Shown here one piece after another: positions 13,261 through 27,389 of a stretch of DNA of 64,000 bases (its first letter is position 1; each line of letters starts with the position of its first letter). This DNA comes from Lama glama (Eukaryota), in assembly GCA_028534125.1 (NCBI GenBank), contig CM052832.1:14882001-14946000 (forward strand). Direction: 5' to 3'. A program made the position numbers and the translations under genes. The notes under the pieces were generated by a model. The model was not told the DNA's origin. It searched no databases and saw only the letters and a list, made by a program, of their open reading frames with translations.

Positions 13261-15069
13261 CACAGTCACTACTTTCAAGAAGCGTACAGTATAGTGGAGG
13301 AACTGAAAGTAATAAAAACAACCTGAATGCTAGTGTCTACCAATAATATGTTGATAAATATGTTTCAGAGACGTCTCCCAGCTCTTTCTTTATTTCCAAT
13401 TTTAGTGACAGGGTGTCTGATGATCTTGAGTATCAGCCCAACAGGAGTATATGTGTATTTGGCTGTAAGTCTTTTCTGAATCTTATTGGATCATCCCATG
13501 ATGGGACTTTTAGGATTTCTTTCCAGTGTTGAACTGAGAGTCTGTGCCATCTTCTAGGATTTGTGTTGGGTAGTTGGTTGATAATGTGATGCCTAATCCT
13601 AGTGGTACAGTACCTGAGGGAAAAGGATTTTTATGTTGCTGATAGCCTGGAACCTTTATTAGTAAGTAAATATACCAACAAACAACAGTTGAGTAGTAGA
13701 TACTGTTTTAATGACTTGTCAATAGTGGTTCATAGTCAACAGTGTATGTTAAATCTGGATTCTAAAGTTTAGTTAATACTGAAGTAGTTAATTTGGGAAT
13801 GCAGATTGATAAGAAGGGTCATAAAATTTTCCCGTCATCACTACTTTGTTCTTTATGTAGGGTAAAGTAAAAGAAACATGTAAAGTTTATGTGGGCTGAG
13901 TCCTAAAAGCATTTAATTGATGGTGATTAACATATGAAACAGAACAAAGGAGTCATCATAGGCAAAAAAACCAAAAACAAAAACGTGGATAAAAGAAGAT
14001 TTAAGAATTGAATTTGGAAATAAAGTTCAAACTTACAATTTAGTAATAAAACATACACAGCTGAGTGAAATCCTCTCTCAACACCCAAGAAAACTTCTTG
14101 AATCCAGTTTGAGAATTTCTGCCTTGAAGTAACATGGATGCTCGAGAGTGTTCACAGTCTTTTTCCCAGCCTTCTCAAAGCCTTGCTTCCTAACCCTTTG
14201 AATAAGAAAAAGTATTCCTTCTTATGTTCATTCACTTACTTACTCATTTGTTCTACAAACTTTTATTAAGTGCCTGCTTCCAGGTTGAGCATTGTTCTGG
14301 GGACACCGTGATGAACAAGGCAGAATGGAAGCCATTGCTCTTGTGAAGCATCTGATACAAATGCTAGGAGACAGTAAATGAGCAAAAATATTAGTGAACT
14401 TGATAATTTTTTTTTTCTTAGGCAGTAGTGGGTGCTGGGTGGGAAATAAATGCATGGTGTAACTGAAATGGGAGAGGAGGTCGGCAAATTCTGATTGATA
14501 TTGAATGGCAAGGTAGAGGAAAGAGCAATTACAGAGGCCCCAAGTGAAGAATGAGCTTGGGAAGCAGGTCAGTACCAGAGGGCAGAGTTGGGGAGTGTGG
14601 TGGGAGATGTTGGGGAGGTGGGAGGAAACCAGATCCTGTGGGGCATTATTACCTTTCCCATTTTCCTGGATCTTCCTTACTCTGTTCTGTAAAGCTAGCC
14701 AGCAAACAAAGCAGTAACATCCCATGAAGCCAGCTTCTTTCCTTTGAGTGTGAGGTGTAAAGTGAATAGGATGAATGGTAAGAGTTTATGAGAAAAAGCT
14801 GTATTTAAGTAATGTATTGGTGGAGATAAAGGAAAGTACTATAATCTTTTTAAAAGATTAAGTCTGAAAGGACCCAAAGTAAAGACCCTAAAGTTTCTTT
14901 CTACTTTTCTTAGGGTAGTTTACTCAGAAGGACTACTTTGAATGGGAAATATATATATGCACACAGTACAAAATTAAAAAGTTACGAAGAATATGGAATA
15001 AAATGTCAATCTCCTTCCCACCTGTCTTCTGTAGCCATCCTGTTTCTCACCCTAGATTCTTCTTACAGG

Positions 15070-15074
<5 letters not shown>

Positions 15075-15100
<26 letters not shown>
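15075..15100. repeat. (TG)13 microsatellite
   Basis: Perfect dinucleotide run. Confidence 0.95.
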
Positions 15101-15101
<1 letters not shown>

Positions 15102-15137
15102 AGTGGCTATAGCACACTAGTCAAGTAGTTAACTTAT

Positions 15138-16483
15138 TATTTTTTTTTATTGAAGTATAGTCAGTTTACAGTGTTGTGTCAGTTTCTGGTGTACAGCATA
15201 GTACTTCAGTCATACATATATATATATTCATTTTCATATTCTTTTTCATTATTGGTTACTACAAGATATTGAATATAGTTCTCTATGCAGTATAAATTTG
15301 CTATGTATCTTCTTTATATATAGTAGTTAGTATCTGCAAATCCCAAACTCTCTTTTTATCCCTCCCCCACCATCTTTCTCCTTTGGTAACTGTAAGTTTG
15401 TTTTCTATGTCTGAGTCTGTTTCCATTTTGTAAATAAGTTCATCTGTGTCTTTTTTTTTTCCCAAGATTCCTCATGTAAGTGATATCATACAGCATTTTT
15501 CTTTCTGGCTTATTTCACTTAGAATGCCGATCTCTAGGTCCATCCAAGTTGCTGCAAATGGCATTTTTAATGGCCAAATAATATTCCGTTGTATAAATAT
15601 ACTACAACTGCTTTATGCAGTCAGCTGTCGATGGATATTTAGGTTGTTTCCGTGTCTTGGCTATTGTAAATAGTGCTGCTGTGAATGTTGGAGTGCATGT
15701 GTCTTTTTGAATTAGAGTTCCCTCTGGATATATGCCCAGGAGTATGATTGCTGGATCATGTGGTACATCTATTTTTAGTGTTTTGAAGTATCTCCATTAT
15801 GTTTTACATAATGGCTGCACCAAACTGCATTCCCACCAACAGTATAGGAGGGTTCTCTTTTCACACCCTCTCCAAGGTTTATTGTTTGTGGACTTTTTAA
15901 TGATGATCATTCTGACTGGTGTGAGGTGATACCTTACTGTAGTTTTGATTTGCATTTCTCCGATAATTAGCAATATTGAGCATTTTTTCATGTGCCTGTT
16001 AGCCATTTATATGTCTTCATTGGAGAATTAAGTTGTTTAGGTCTTCTGCCATTTTTGGATTGGATTGGTTTTTTTTGTTTGTTTGTTTATTATTAAGTTG
16101 TATGAGCTGTTTTTATATTCTGGAAATTAAGCCCTTGTCAGTCGCATCATTTGCAAGTATTTTTTCCCATTCCATAAGTTGTCTTTTTGTTTTGTTTATA
16201 GTTTTCTTTGCTGTGCAAAAGCTTAAAAAGGTCCCATTTGTTTATTTTTGCTTTTATTTCTGTTGCCTGGGTAGACTGTCCTAGGAGAACATTACTAAGA
16301 TCTATGTCAGAGAATGTTTTGCCTATGTTTTCTTCTAGGAGGTTTATAGTGTCTTGTCTTAAACTGTTTAAGTCTTTAAGCTATTTTGAGTTTTATTTTT
16401 GTATAGGGTGCGAGGGAGTGTTCCAACTTCATTGATTTGCATGTGGCTGTCCAGCTTTCCTAACAGCACTTGTTGAAGAGACT
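15138..16483 (-). mobile_element. 5'-truncated L1 (ORF2 C-terminus + 3' UTR + poly-A)
   Basis: ORF 15797-16006(-) gives the ORF2p C-terminal motif [25 protein letters not shown]-rich tail at left; TSD aagtagttaacttat (15123-15137) / aggtagttagcttat (16484-16498), 13/15 match. Confidence 0.92.
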
Positions 16484-17103
16484 AGGTAGTTAGCTTATAA
16501 AAGTACCACCGTGCATTGCTAATTAAAGGTTGGAGGCCATTTTTTGTTTAGTAGAACAAAAGTTTGCCAATTTTTCCCAGAAGTGTATTTGAACCCGTAC
16601 TACTTGAGTACCTATGGCTTTTCAATACTTACCTACTTCTACCTCAATACTTCCTTTTATTGAGGCTTGGTTACCTTAAGTGTCAGGGATCCTTCTAGAG
16701 TGGGGAACTGCTGGGGATGCTAAGGGGGAGAGAGAGACAGAGTGTGTGTCTAGGATTGAATAGTTCTTGCGAGTCTGGGGATGTGTTGGCAGTGGGCTGT
16801 ATGTGTTTCAGGAGAGTGCTACCCTGTGGAAGCTGCTTGCCTAACTGGCCTTCAAGCCCCTGAAAAGCAGTTCAGCAGTCATCTGGATCAGACTGGTTTT
16901 GCTGATTTCTAAACTCTCATTGTTTAGACTACCCAGAGCTGACCTTGTAAGCCAGAGTACATTCCTTCTAAAGGTAATATATGAGCCTAAACCTGGTAGG
17001 AAGCTGTTCGCTTTAGCCATATGCCTTTGTCCCCAGCTGTGGAGTGGGAAGCAGGTAGAATTCTGAGTGGAATTGTGGCTTTTCAGCTCCTCCTGAGACA
17101 GAC

Positions 17104-18100
17104 TGTGAGATAATAGAAAATATGCATTGATCTCTGTCCCCAGTTCCTGGCATAGAGCTCCTAAAGCCCTTGTAATTTCCTCAGTGGTAAGAACACTAGG
17201 AACATCTCTTGTTCTAATATTGGTCTTTGACATCTGTTCCTGACACAAGGCTACTGAAATCCTTATAATTTCATAGGTGATAGGAGTGTCTTTTGTTCTA
17301 ATGAGGCAGTTCTGGGTGGCTCCTGGATAGCTCCTGGATGAAGACTGATCACTGGAGAGACCAGGGCATGATTAGAAGTTTGGAATTTTCAGCCCTGTGC
17401 CCCATTCCCTTGAGGGAGAAGAGCTGAAGATGGAGTTAAGAATAGATCATGCCTATGTAATGAAGCCCCCATGGGGTTCAGAGACCTTCCAGATGGGCAG
17501 ACACATCCACACTGGGAGGGTGGTGCACCCCAACTCCATGAGGACAGAAGCTCCTACACTCAGGACCCTCCCTGACCTTGCCCTATGTATCTTCTTCTGG
17601 CTGTTCATCTTTATCCTTTATCATGTCCTTTAATAAACAGGTAATTGTGAGTGTTTCCCTGAGTTCTGTGACCCACTTTTGCAAATTAATGGAACCCAAG
17701 GAAGGGATCATTGGAACCTTCAGTCCGTAGGTGGTTGGTCAGAAGCACAGGTTGTATCCTGAGATTAGGACTGGCATCTGCATGGAGAGAGGGGCTGGCA
17801 TCTGAAGTGGGGAGGGGCAGTCCTGTAGGACTGAGCCCTTAATTTGTGGGATCTCCAGGTAGACACTTTCTCCCGGTAGATAGTGTCAGAATTGAGTTAA
17901 ATTGTAGAACACCCAGCTGGTGTTGCAGAGACTTGCTTCATGTGGGAAAACCCCAGACACATCTGGAGATCAGAAGTATTAGAAGTGAAGTGTTCTGTGT
18001 GAATACTGAAGGAGACTCACAGGGGGAAAACACACAATAGGGAAGAACTGGGTTTTTCCCTGCTCAAGAAGAAGAAAACTGAGTTGTTTTCTTTCTCACA
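17104..18100 (+). mobile_element. ERV solo LTR, MER21-like
   Basis: Starts TGTGAGATAATAGAAAATATG...cagttcctggcatagagctcctaaa, internal AATAAA near 17632, ends ...TCTCACA. A 5-bp repeat cagac flanks it if the end is placed at 18098. Confidence 0.82.
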
Positions 18101-20394
18101 GACCATGCCTTAAATTTCTTTTTTGTGTCTTCCTAACAGCCCGTCCCGAAATGCCAGCCTAGAGCTGGGTATGGGAAGACGACTGAAAAAGGTTATCACA
18201 GTGCAACCTCCTTATTTAATTTGAAATAGAAAAAAAAATTCATAATTTTTTAAAGAATGATAGACCCATATTCAACTGTGAGCACCACAAGTATTTGCAA
18301 AGCAAACATGAGTGGTTTTTTCCCCCCTTTTTTTTTTACATTTTATCATTTAAATTACATTCTGCTGCTGCTTTCTTAGTGTAGTTTGTGGAAATCTGGT
18401 TATTTATCTGAGGCAAAGTAAGATCATGCCTTTTGATGTGCTTTGTCCAAATACAGTTTAAAAAAATTCTTAGTTTAGGATTTTTTTTAAACTCCTTTTA
18501 AAATGGGAAATTAGTTGCTTAAGTGTCATAAAGAATTATATTGTGATAATATGTTTTGTGAACGCTTCCAAAAGGAGATAAAGATAGTGAATTTCTACTC
18601 CATGTAAAAAAAAAATTACTACAAAAAATAAAAATTTAAAGCAAGTAGAAACGTTATAAAGAGAAGAAAAGTATTATAAACATAAAAAAGAAATGACTCC
18701 TTAGGTAGATTTTCTTTATATAGTTAGTTGATCTCTTTGTTCATGAAAGAGTAAAGTCCTTCAAAAGAACTGCCTGGAAATCTTTTCTTTGAGTCTGTTA
18801 TTGAACACTTTTCTGATGTGCTTTATGAGAGCAGCTTAGCAATGATGAACAGAAATGGGTATGAACTCAGACATACAGTGCTTCTACTTTCTGTAAAAAT
18901 GAGGAAGGATGTGATTTTTCTTTGAATATTTAAGAATCCTAATAAAATATTCCTTAAGAAAAATTATGTTTTCATGAAACACTTTTCATAGTAACATGAG
19001 CTAGTGTAATGGAAACTTTTGATTGTTTAATGTTTTCATTCTCTTCTTCTCTGCAGAAATGACTGATTTATAAACTGAATGCCAGACTTGTATTCAGTCA
19101 TTTACTGACTGTGCTGAGCCCTGACTCAGAGCTTTTACACTTACCACTGCAATGCTGATTTCTTCCTGTGAGGTTTTGCAGTTGGGTAGACTGCCTTTAA
19201 TAATAATAAGACAAAACTTGTAGAGTTTATTAGTAAAATGAGTTAGAAAGTCTCTGTATGTTATCATTATATTTCTATGTTATTTTCATGGGTTAGACAA
19301 ATATTTAATAAGGGGCTAGCTTGGTATCATCCTTCAGCCAGGAGCTATGAGTGACTTTTTCTTTCAAAAAGGATTTTGTTTTAATTACAAAAGTAGTTGT
19401 GGTATCTATAAAAAATACTTCAAACTGAGGGTTTTAAGGTATGTAGAATACAGAATCTGAGCTCTTGAGCTTTAAACTGTTGGCAAGATGTAGTTTAGAG
19501 TGTAAAATGTAAAATAATTAGAAAAGTGACAGAGAGGGACATTTAAGGAATTTGGAGGAGTCTGTGAAGATGAGGTGGAATGTTAGGGACAGTTCTATGG
19601 AATGTGTGGTGCCACACCTAGATATCTTGGTTAGATTTGGGTAGCTGACAAAGAATATTCCAGGTGGAAGACATTGAGCCCAGTAGACCATGGAAAGTCA
19701 GGGATCTGGATATATAGTCTTTGAAAGCCTGTTTATCCTAGAGTGTTGTGAGGACAACAGACTTGGCTTATGTCTGGTTTTGCGCTGCAGGATGATTAAA
19801 GAATTTTTTTAAATTAGTAGCCAACATTTAATATCTATTAAAATAATTTAATTTTCAAATAAGAAACCTGGTCTTAGGTTTTTCTTAAAAAAATCAGAAG
19901 ATCTGGCAGCACTGACCGAGCATTCCTCTGTGATGATTGTGGCCAGAGCTGAGTGGTGGCTGCCTTTTGGACTGTTCACCCCTTTCCAGTTGGCCAATAG
20001 TCCCTACCCCTCTCTCTGTGGTCTCTGTGATTGATACCAGGGCCCAGTGTCAACTGCCATTTATTGTGGTGGCTGAGCCAACACAAAAAGGTGATACTGC
20101 CTTTTTAAGGTAGAGTTAAGAGGAAGGTAAAGTATTTCCTGTACCCCTGGAAATTTCTCTTAAAAGTGGAAAAATGGAGTATAAGAAGGGCTACATGTTT
20201 GAAGAAAAATGAGAGAATGCCTATTCTTTGTGAAGATGAAAATACTCCTACTTCTTTACTTTGAAAACATGATGTGTCTCTGTCAGAATAGTCTGATGGT
20301 CTTCACGCACTTATACCCTGCCCAGGCCTCATAGTGAAGCATTGGAGTTTCCATGTCTGTGGTGGTTAAGATTTTGGATTCTGGAGTCAGTCAG

Positions 20395-20554
20395 TTCAAT
20401 TGTAATTAAAAAAAAATTTTTTTTTTCTTGGGGGTGGGTGGTAATTAGGTTTTACCTATTTATTTATTTTTTGGAGGAGGTACTGGGAATTGAACCTAGG
20501 ACCCTGTGCATAAGCATGCGCTCTACCACTTGAGCAATATACCCTCTCCCCCTC
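20395..20554 (-). mobile_element. Vic-1-type SINE inserted into a MIR
   Basis: SINE body on the minus strand; flanking repeat ct(g/a)gagtcagtcag at 20381-20394 and 20555-20568; flanks rejoin into a MIR-like sequence (~20358-20775). Confidence 0.88.
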
Positions 20555-23500
20555 CTAGAGTCAGTCAGACCTGAATGAGAGGGATCCCTGGCTCTTACGC
20601 TCACTAGTCTGTATGATCTTGAGCAAATTATTTCACATCTCTACACCTTATTTTTTCACTTGTAATAGTAGTACCTTTCTATTTCATTGTATTGGGGGAA
20701 ATTAAGTGAAATTATTTATTATATAGAACACTTAGTCCAGGGGCTGGCACAGATTAATACTCAGTGTCAATTATGTAAATATAAAGCCAAGAAAAAGGCA
20801 ATATCTACATCATTGCAACTTGGAGTTAGAGAAAATTGTGGTAAGAAGGAGGTTTTGAGAATTTCTGAGCGTCAGTTGTTTGCATTTGTTTGTTTGTTAA
20901 TTCAGATAATGCTTCTTGAGTCGTAAGCACTGTGCTGTTTCAGTGAACAAGACAGACACAGCCCCTGCCTTCATGCTGCTTACAGTCTGGCAGTGGAGAT
21001 AGAGAATTAAGCCAGCAATTGCAATACAGTGTGATATTTGAAGTAGAAGGTCTTAAAATAGAGCAGTTCAGTGATTCTCTGGTTTCATCTTGCATGGCAG
21101 TTTCAGTGTTAGGAAAGGTACCACAGGGCAGAGTGCTTAGTGATGGGGGCCCCTGTTCTTGGGAACGTAGCACTGTAAGTGGTCCACCATCTTTCCTTCT
21201 CCTTCCCTCAGAACAATGTCTATGGAGCAACTATTATAGATTAGGCAGAAGAAAAGGGAAAGAGAAGCCTTTCTCTGGATAAACAAAACTCTTATCCTCT
21301 GCCTCTATCCCCAGTCTGCCCCCAGTCTGCTGGGAGAAAGGGAAATTAAGAGGGATCAGTCCAACCAGTGTCTGGGAGGGGAATAAAGACACTTTTCCTC
21401 CTCATCCCCAAGGACTTGAAAAAGAGGAGCTCAACCAATTTTGAACCTTGGAGCTGCCATTGAAACCAGGAAAATCCTTCAAAATTTAACTTACTTTTTA
21501 TTTGATGGTATTAATATTATGTACCATTAAAAATTAGTACTTTACTGCATGTCCAGGAAATTATTTAAAATACATAAAAGAAAACTGATGTAAAAGCTTA
21601 TATTTTATTTATTTAAAATAATTCCTGTGGATTGCTTTGCTTTTCTAAGAAAACTTTTTTTTTTTTTTTTTGTTAAGTAGAAATATAGTACTGTGGGAGA
21701 AAGAAGAAGCTAGATGGATTCTTCTTGGGTTTGAGAAAGTGTGTGGTTTGGAAGAACTTGGCAGAGAACTTGATCAGGACTTAGGGGAGAGTATGCTGGG
21801 GTCAGACTGGCAGAAGAGGCCAAGGGCAGTTGAGGCAATAGCATACACAGTGGAGCCTCCGGAGAAGCATTTAGGGGCTATGGTGCGGGGATTTGGAGTG
21901 TACTGAATGATTGATTTTTCTAACAGAAAATCAGAACATAGAATAATGTTTCTAGAGTCCATCTGCAAATAACTTTGTAAGTGGGTGTGTCTGTGGAGAG
22001 AGGGATAAATGTTTATTATTTCTAGGGTCTCTGGCCAACTCCTCCTTCCTCAGAGTGTTCTCTCCTTTTTGGAGAAATCCCCTTTTGGAGAGTAGGAGGA
22101 GCCTGCTCACCACCCCAGAAACTGAGTGGGCCAGTGTGCTAACTCCCTTCTCTGATGTGCCTGTGTGGGTGCAGGACTCAGACTCCACTAGTTGGCTGCT
22201 CAGTGCTTGGAGGCTAGGTTCCCAGGAGGCTGGATGGAAGGCGAGTGGAGGGCAGCAGCTGTGTGCTGACCAGATGTCCATGTTGTAGACCCAGCCTGTG
22301 CCTTTTGCTGCCAACCCATGATATGGGCCTTTCTTCCAAGCCTGGCCCTCTAGTCCCTGCCACTCCAATTTTCTGAGACTTTGGCATTTCTTCCAGTACA
22401 TTCCTTTTGGTTACAGATGGCCAGACTTGGTTTGTGTTCTAGCAACCCAAGAACCCTATGTAATACATCCCATGGGTCATTTTTAAGGTAACCTCCTCAG
22501 TAATGTAGTACACCAGAAGAAAGATACATGTGTTGAGTCAGAATTTTATTTTTCTGGGAGAGCTTTTTCATTTTCTCTATGGAGCAAACTTTAACCTCCC
22601 CTCTTCCAACGCCCCACTTTAGTAGTAAAAATGTCTTTATGTTAAAGTTTATAAAATTTATTTTAAATGGCTAAAAAATAATCCAGTCAAATTAGAGCAA
22701 ATGTAACTAACCCTGGCCTGAACTGATATTTTTATGAAATGCTTACCAGCATCATCATACCCTCCCACCCTTGATGCTTATAGTTACTCTTTTTAGAATT
22801 GTCCTAAAAAGATATTTGAGAATGTGTGAAGTTTTTAATATTTTAAACCTTGTAGGTGTCAAGGACTAGATAAAAAGTGAATTTTAGAAGTACAAGTATA
22901 GGAAAACTGTGGGATGCTTCTTAAAATACACATTGTAGTCTCTAGGTTCTATCTTGGTTAACAAGAATTTATTGAGTCCTTACTTTACACAAAGCAGTAT
23001 TCTAGGTGCAGTGATGATTTTTTAAACTGTGGACATGTTCCCTAGCCTCCAGAAAGAATGCTTTTAAATTTCCTTTAGCCATTTCAGTACAGTTGAGCAG
23101 GTGGCTACTCTGTGACTTGTGTGGGGTTATATAGAAAAATTAAAGAAGCAGGACTTAAAGCACATGAAGCAAATAGAAAAAAACTGTAGGGAGGCTGTGC
23201 TTTGGAGGTATGTCACGTTGGAGGCAAAATACTGAAGTAGTCAGTCTTAGGCTTTAAGAAATGGATTGGAATTGGTTAGGAAAGAGGGGAAAGGGTATAT
23301 TAGGAGATGGGGCCCCTGTGTAATTGGGGGTAGGGATGAGCTTGTTGCATATCAGAGACTGAGTACATGAGCCTGGGTAGGGGCTCGTGGTGTGGCAGGG
23401 CAAGAGATGGGCGAGTGGGGGATTGAGGTATAGAACCTTGATTTCAGAGGATGAGGAATTCGGTTTGGTCCCACAGTAGGGAAACAATTGTCCTTTAAAA

Positions 23501-26279
23501 GGTTGTTGTGAAAAGGCTTGTTTAAGATTGGAATGCAGGATAAACTCATGGGCTTTTCACCAGAAGGAAACTTTGGGAGAATGCTGCTCTATTCTAGAAC
23601 TGAGATATATGGTCTCAGGGGAATGGAGTGAAGGAGTACATTAAGAAGTGTTGCAGTCAGAGGAATGGACAGATTTAGTGAAAGACCATTATGTTAAAGA
23701 TGAAGGGGGTTTTGGTTAAAGATGATTTAAATTTTGATCCTGGGTGATAGGAAAAATGGAAATTTAGAAGAGAAGTTGGTTTTGGAGAGAAGATGGGACT
23801 TTGGTTTTTGTCATGTCAAATTTGAAGTAATGAAGTGAACTGATGATGTGGGACTAGAGGTGGAGTGAGAAGTCAGAGCTGTAGACAGAGTTAAGTGTCA
23901 GGGACTTAGATGGGGAGAATGGAGAGTCAGCAAGAGAGAAAATGCACAGAAAAAAAGCTGAGGGCAGGGCCTGAGCTTGGGGCACCATAGCTGCCAGAGA
24001 CAGGATATCACATAGCCGAGGGAGAACAGTTCAAAACGGGGAGTGGTGGGTGATGGTGTCAGAGCTGGAGCAGTTGAGTAGAATGAAGATAAGAGGGAGC
24101 AGTGCAATGAGCGATGACTATAGCAGCAGTTCCAGTAGAATGGTAACATGGACTCATAGATTTGGGTTGGTCAGGACAGGTTTTGGGAAAGAAGTGCACT
24201 TTCTTATGAGATTGGAGGGTAGGTAAAAGAAAAAAATCTAGAGCCTGAATTACACTGATGTGATTTGAGAAAACTCCTTCCAGATGGCCCCATCCTTCTG
24301 AGAAAGAGAAGTGACGTCTATTTACTGGAAATGGTCTGGTGATAGGAGTCTGAGAGGCAAGAAGTCATCTGTCAGAGTTGCCTTGGTGTATTTGGGATTG
24401 AAATGATTGTTTGTAAGGTAGGCAGTTGAATGATATGTATCCTCAGACAGTTGCAGGCCTCCTATGTATAGAGCACTGTGGAGAATAAACTTTGAGTAGA
24501 AGAGACAATTGTAGAACTCTGGTAACTTAGAATCTAGTGAGCTCAAAAGAGAGAATAGAATTTATGGTGTTTAAGTTTTGTATATTTCCTTATTCCTTTT
24601 CACATAGGAGCTGGAGTGGGAAAGGGGAACAGTGGAGATGTTCCAAAGTTGGGGACTGATTCAGGAGCATCATATAAGATCAGAGGCGTGGGAAGCTAAG
24701 AGTCAGTTTTTTCATCTGTGAAATGGGAATAAATAGTACCTAATTCCTGTAGATGCTATGAAACTTGAGTGAGGAAAGATAGATAAAGTGCCTCGCAAGT
24801 GCATCTTGAGCACTCAGGAATTCTTAATCATTGTTACTAAGGCCAGAACCACAGAAGGAATCGCAATGGTGAACAGATAGTTCTAAGTGTTGTAAAAGAA
24901 CACTGTCTAGAATGTTTTAGGAATGCAGGAATGACTAATGCTGAATTAGGAAGTTGAAAACAGTGAGAAAGAAGTAAATCTGGGTATTGAAGGGTGAGTA
25001 GAAGTTTGCTGTCACTACATTAATACAAATTGTGCAGGCATTAAAAAACATCAGATCCTGCTCCTAACAGCCTAACACAGCTGCGCAAAGAGACTTCAGT
25101 GTGAAATGTGATCCAAAAATATAGGAATTGGGAAAGAAAGGATTTAATGCAGTAAATGGAGCTGTGTGGGTTTACTTTGAAGGGGCTTTATGGAAGAAGT
25201 TAAGACCTTCACAGTTTACAAATCTTTAAATTTGTAAACCTAGAAGTAACCTGAGATATGATCTATTCAGCCACTTCAGGAAGATAAAAGGACTGAACCA
25301 GAAGGGTGTGCAGATCCATCTACTGTGATATTTCTGGTTAAATAATGTACACAAAGGCAGAAAGAATTCAATTTTCTTCTGAAAAATGCACAAAAGGAGT
25401 TAAATGAGTGGAGTGAAGACATTTGAATAAAAATATATTCCTAAAACTGACTCCCTGAACCAGCATTCAAAACAAAACAAAAAGCAGGTGGAATGAGAAG
25501 CTGTGATACAATTATAGGAGCATAATCTTTACTGACTTCAGTGGCATCTATTGCTTGCTGTCACTGTTAGCTGCAGCTGATCACGCATCCCGGGGCCAGC
25601 ACATGTGTGTTGTGGGAAGAAGCTGAATTTATTAGAAACATGGACATTTTTGGCAAATCTTGAATACCAAAAACAAGTATTTTTGAATGCAGTCTTATTA
25701 ATCTTTCTTCCATTATAAAGATGTTTCACACTCACTGTAGCAAATTTGGAAAAAACACTTCCTCTTTTGAGCCCACTAGATTATAAATGATCGGAGTTCT
25801 GTGTCTCATAGTTTATTCTTCGTAGTGCCATAGTAGGCCCACAATTGTGAGGATAAATACCATTCAGTCTCCAAATAATTTCCTCTAAAACATATGGAGA
25901 AAATTATTTTCTTTAATCATTATGGTTTTCAGTTTTTACAACACTATGATTTATTTGAATACAATTTTGTAATCTTTTTTCCTGTATAACAAGCATTTTT
26001 TCATAATCTGCACTCTTTATGTACATTTTAATGGCTATGTGCCCATGGAGTAGATGAAAATGTATTTGAATGTTCCTGTTGTTGTAAATGACATTGTTAA
26101 ATCACAAAAGAAGATAGTATTGAAAGAGAAAAAAGATAGTATTGGCAGCCACAATAATTAATGGTTTATCTTTCTCCCTGTCTCATGAAGTACACATTTT
26201 TTGGAATATAACAATCAACCATCTTAAAGAATTACCACCCTCCATTTATCACCCTCTTCTCCCAGTGCTCATTAATAAG

Positions 26280-26455
26280 AAGCAAGTGTGAGATTTAGTG
26301 AAAAGAGTGGTGGCATTTTACATTTCTACAAATTTCTTTAATATCTGGATTAACTAAAGATAGCTGGGTTTTCATATCTGCTTCTGCATTAGAAAATTCA
26401 GTATTTTGTTTTGGAGTATGTGAAGAAAATTGAGTCTCACACAGAATATGCAGTG
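26280..26455. mobile_element. Charlie1-like hAT fragment
   Basis: ctttaatatctggatt...gatagctgggttttcatatctgcttctgcatt resembles the recalled Charlie1 consensus. Confidence 0.55.
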
Positions 26456-27207
26456 TGAGTTATTTGCTAGAATATTTAAGTTGGGTCTAGTGATGGTTTC
26501 TCATGATTAGATTGAGGTCATGTATTTTTGGCAGTGACATCACAGAAGTGATGTGCCCCGTCATTGCATCATATCAGAGGGTACATGATGTCAGTGTGTC
26601 TTATTACTGGTGATATTAACCTTGATTGCCTGGTTGATGTGAGGTCTTTCTAGTTTCTCCATGGTGGTTAAACCAATTTGCACTCCCACTGGCCGAGCAC
26701 AAATTCTCTTTGTGGTGGATTCATGAGAGAATGGATAAAGAAGAATATACATCGGTTATATTGGCACTGTGTTGTGGACTCACAATAATCCTGAAGATGG
26801 CTGAGGTTAAAGATCAGACTTTACCAGAAAAATCATGTGTAGAGGCAGAGCTTTTCCCTGGGAGTACAGAAGAACCAGAAGCTGTCACCTAATTCCACCT
26901 GTAGACTATATACTGACAGATAAAGTTGAAAACTGATAAAAAAAAGATTCTGTACACATTTTAAGAAATTGGCAGGCAGATTGTACAGTGGATTTGACAT
27001 CAAGTTTTCTACCAAAGGAAAGTTAGTTGTATGGAATGATAGACATGAACAGCCTTTTCAAGGGCTCTGATACTTGAGGCTGGTGTGGACTGAATGGATT
27101 ATTTAAACATTTGGTCAGAGCCATATAGGAGCCATACATATGATTAATTAGCAGTACACGGTACCACCTTAAAGTCTTCTAGTAACCAGATAAAGAGCAC
27201 ATTTCTT

Positions 27208-27389
27208 CTTTTTTTAATCATGTTTTTCTTCCAGTTTTATTGAGATATAATTGGCATTACAGCACTGTATACTTCTGGGGGGGATAATTAGATTTTATTT
27301 ACTTCTTTTTAATAGAGGTACTGAGGATTGAATCCAGGACCTCGTGCTTGCTAGGTGTGCACTCTACCACTGAGTTATACTCTCTCCTC
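27208..27389 (-). mobile_element. Vic-1-type SINE joined to an L1-like 3' terminus
   Basis: Perfect 15-bp TSD aagagcacatttctt (27193-27207, 27390-27404); SINE ~27276-27389; L1-like tail ~27223-27272. Confidence 0.85.

Noticed and set aside
25214..25239. 10-bp inverted repeat gtttacaaat...atttgtaaac
   Set aside because: Short and AT-rich; compatible with chance in 64 kb and too short for a pre-miRNA.
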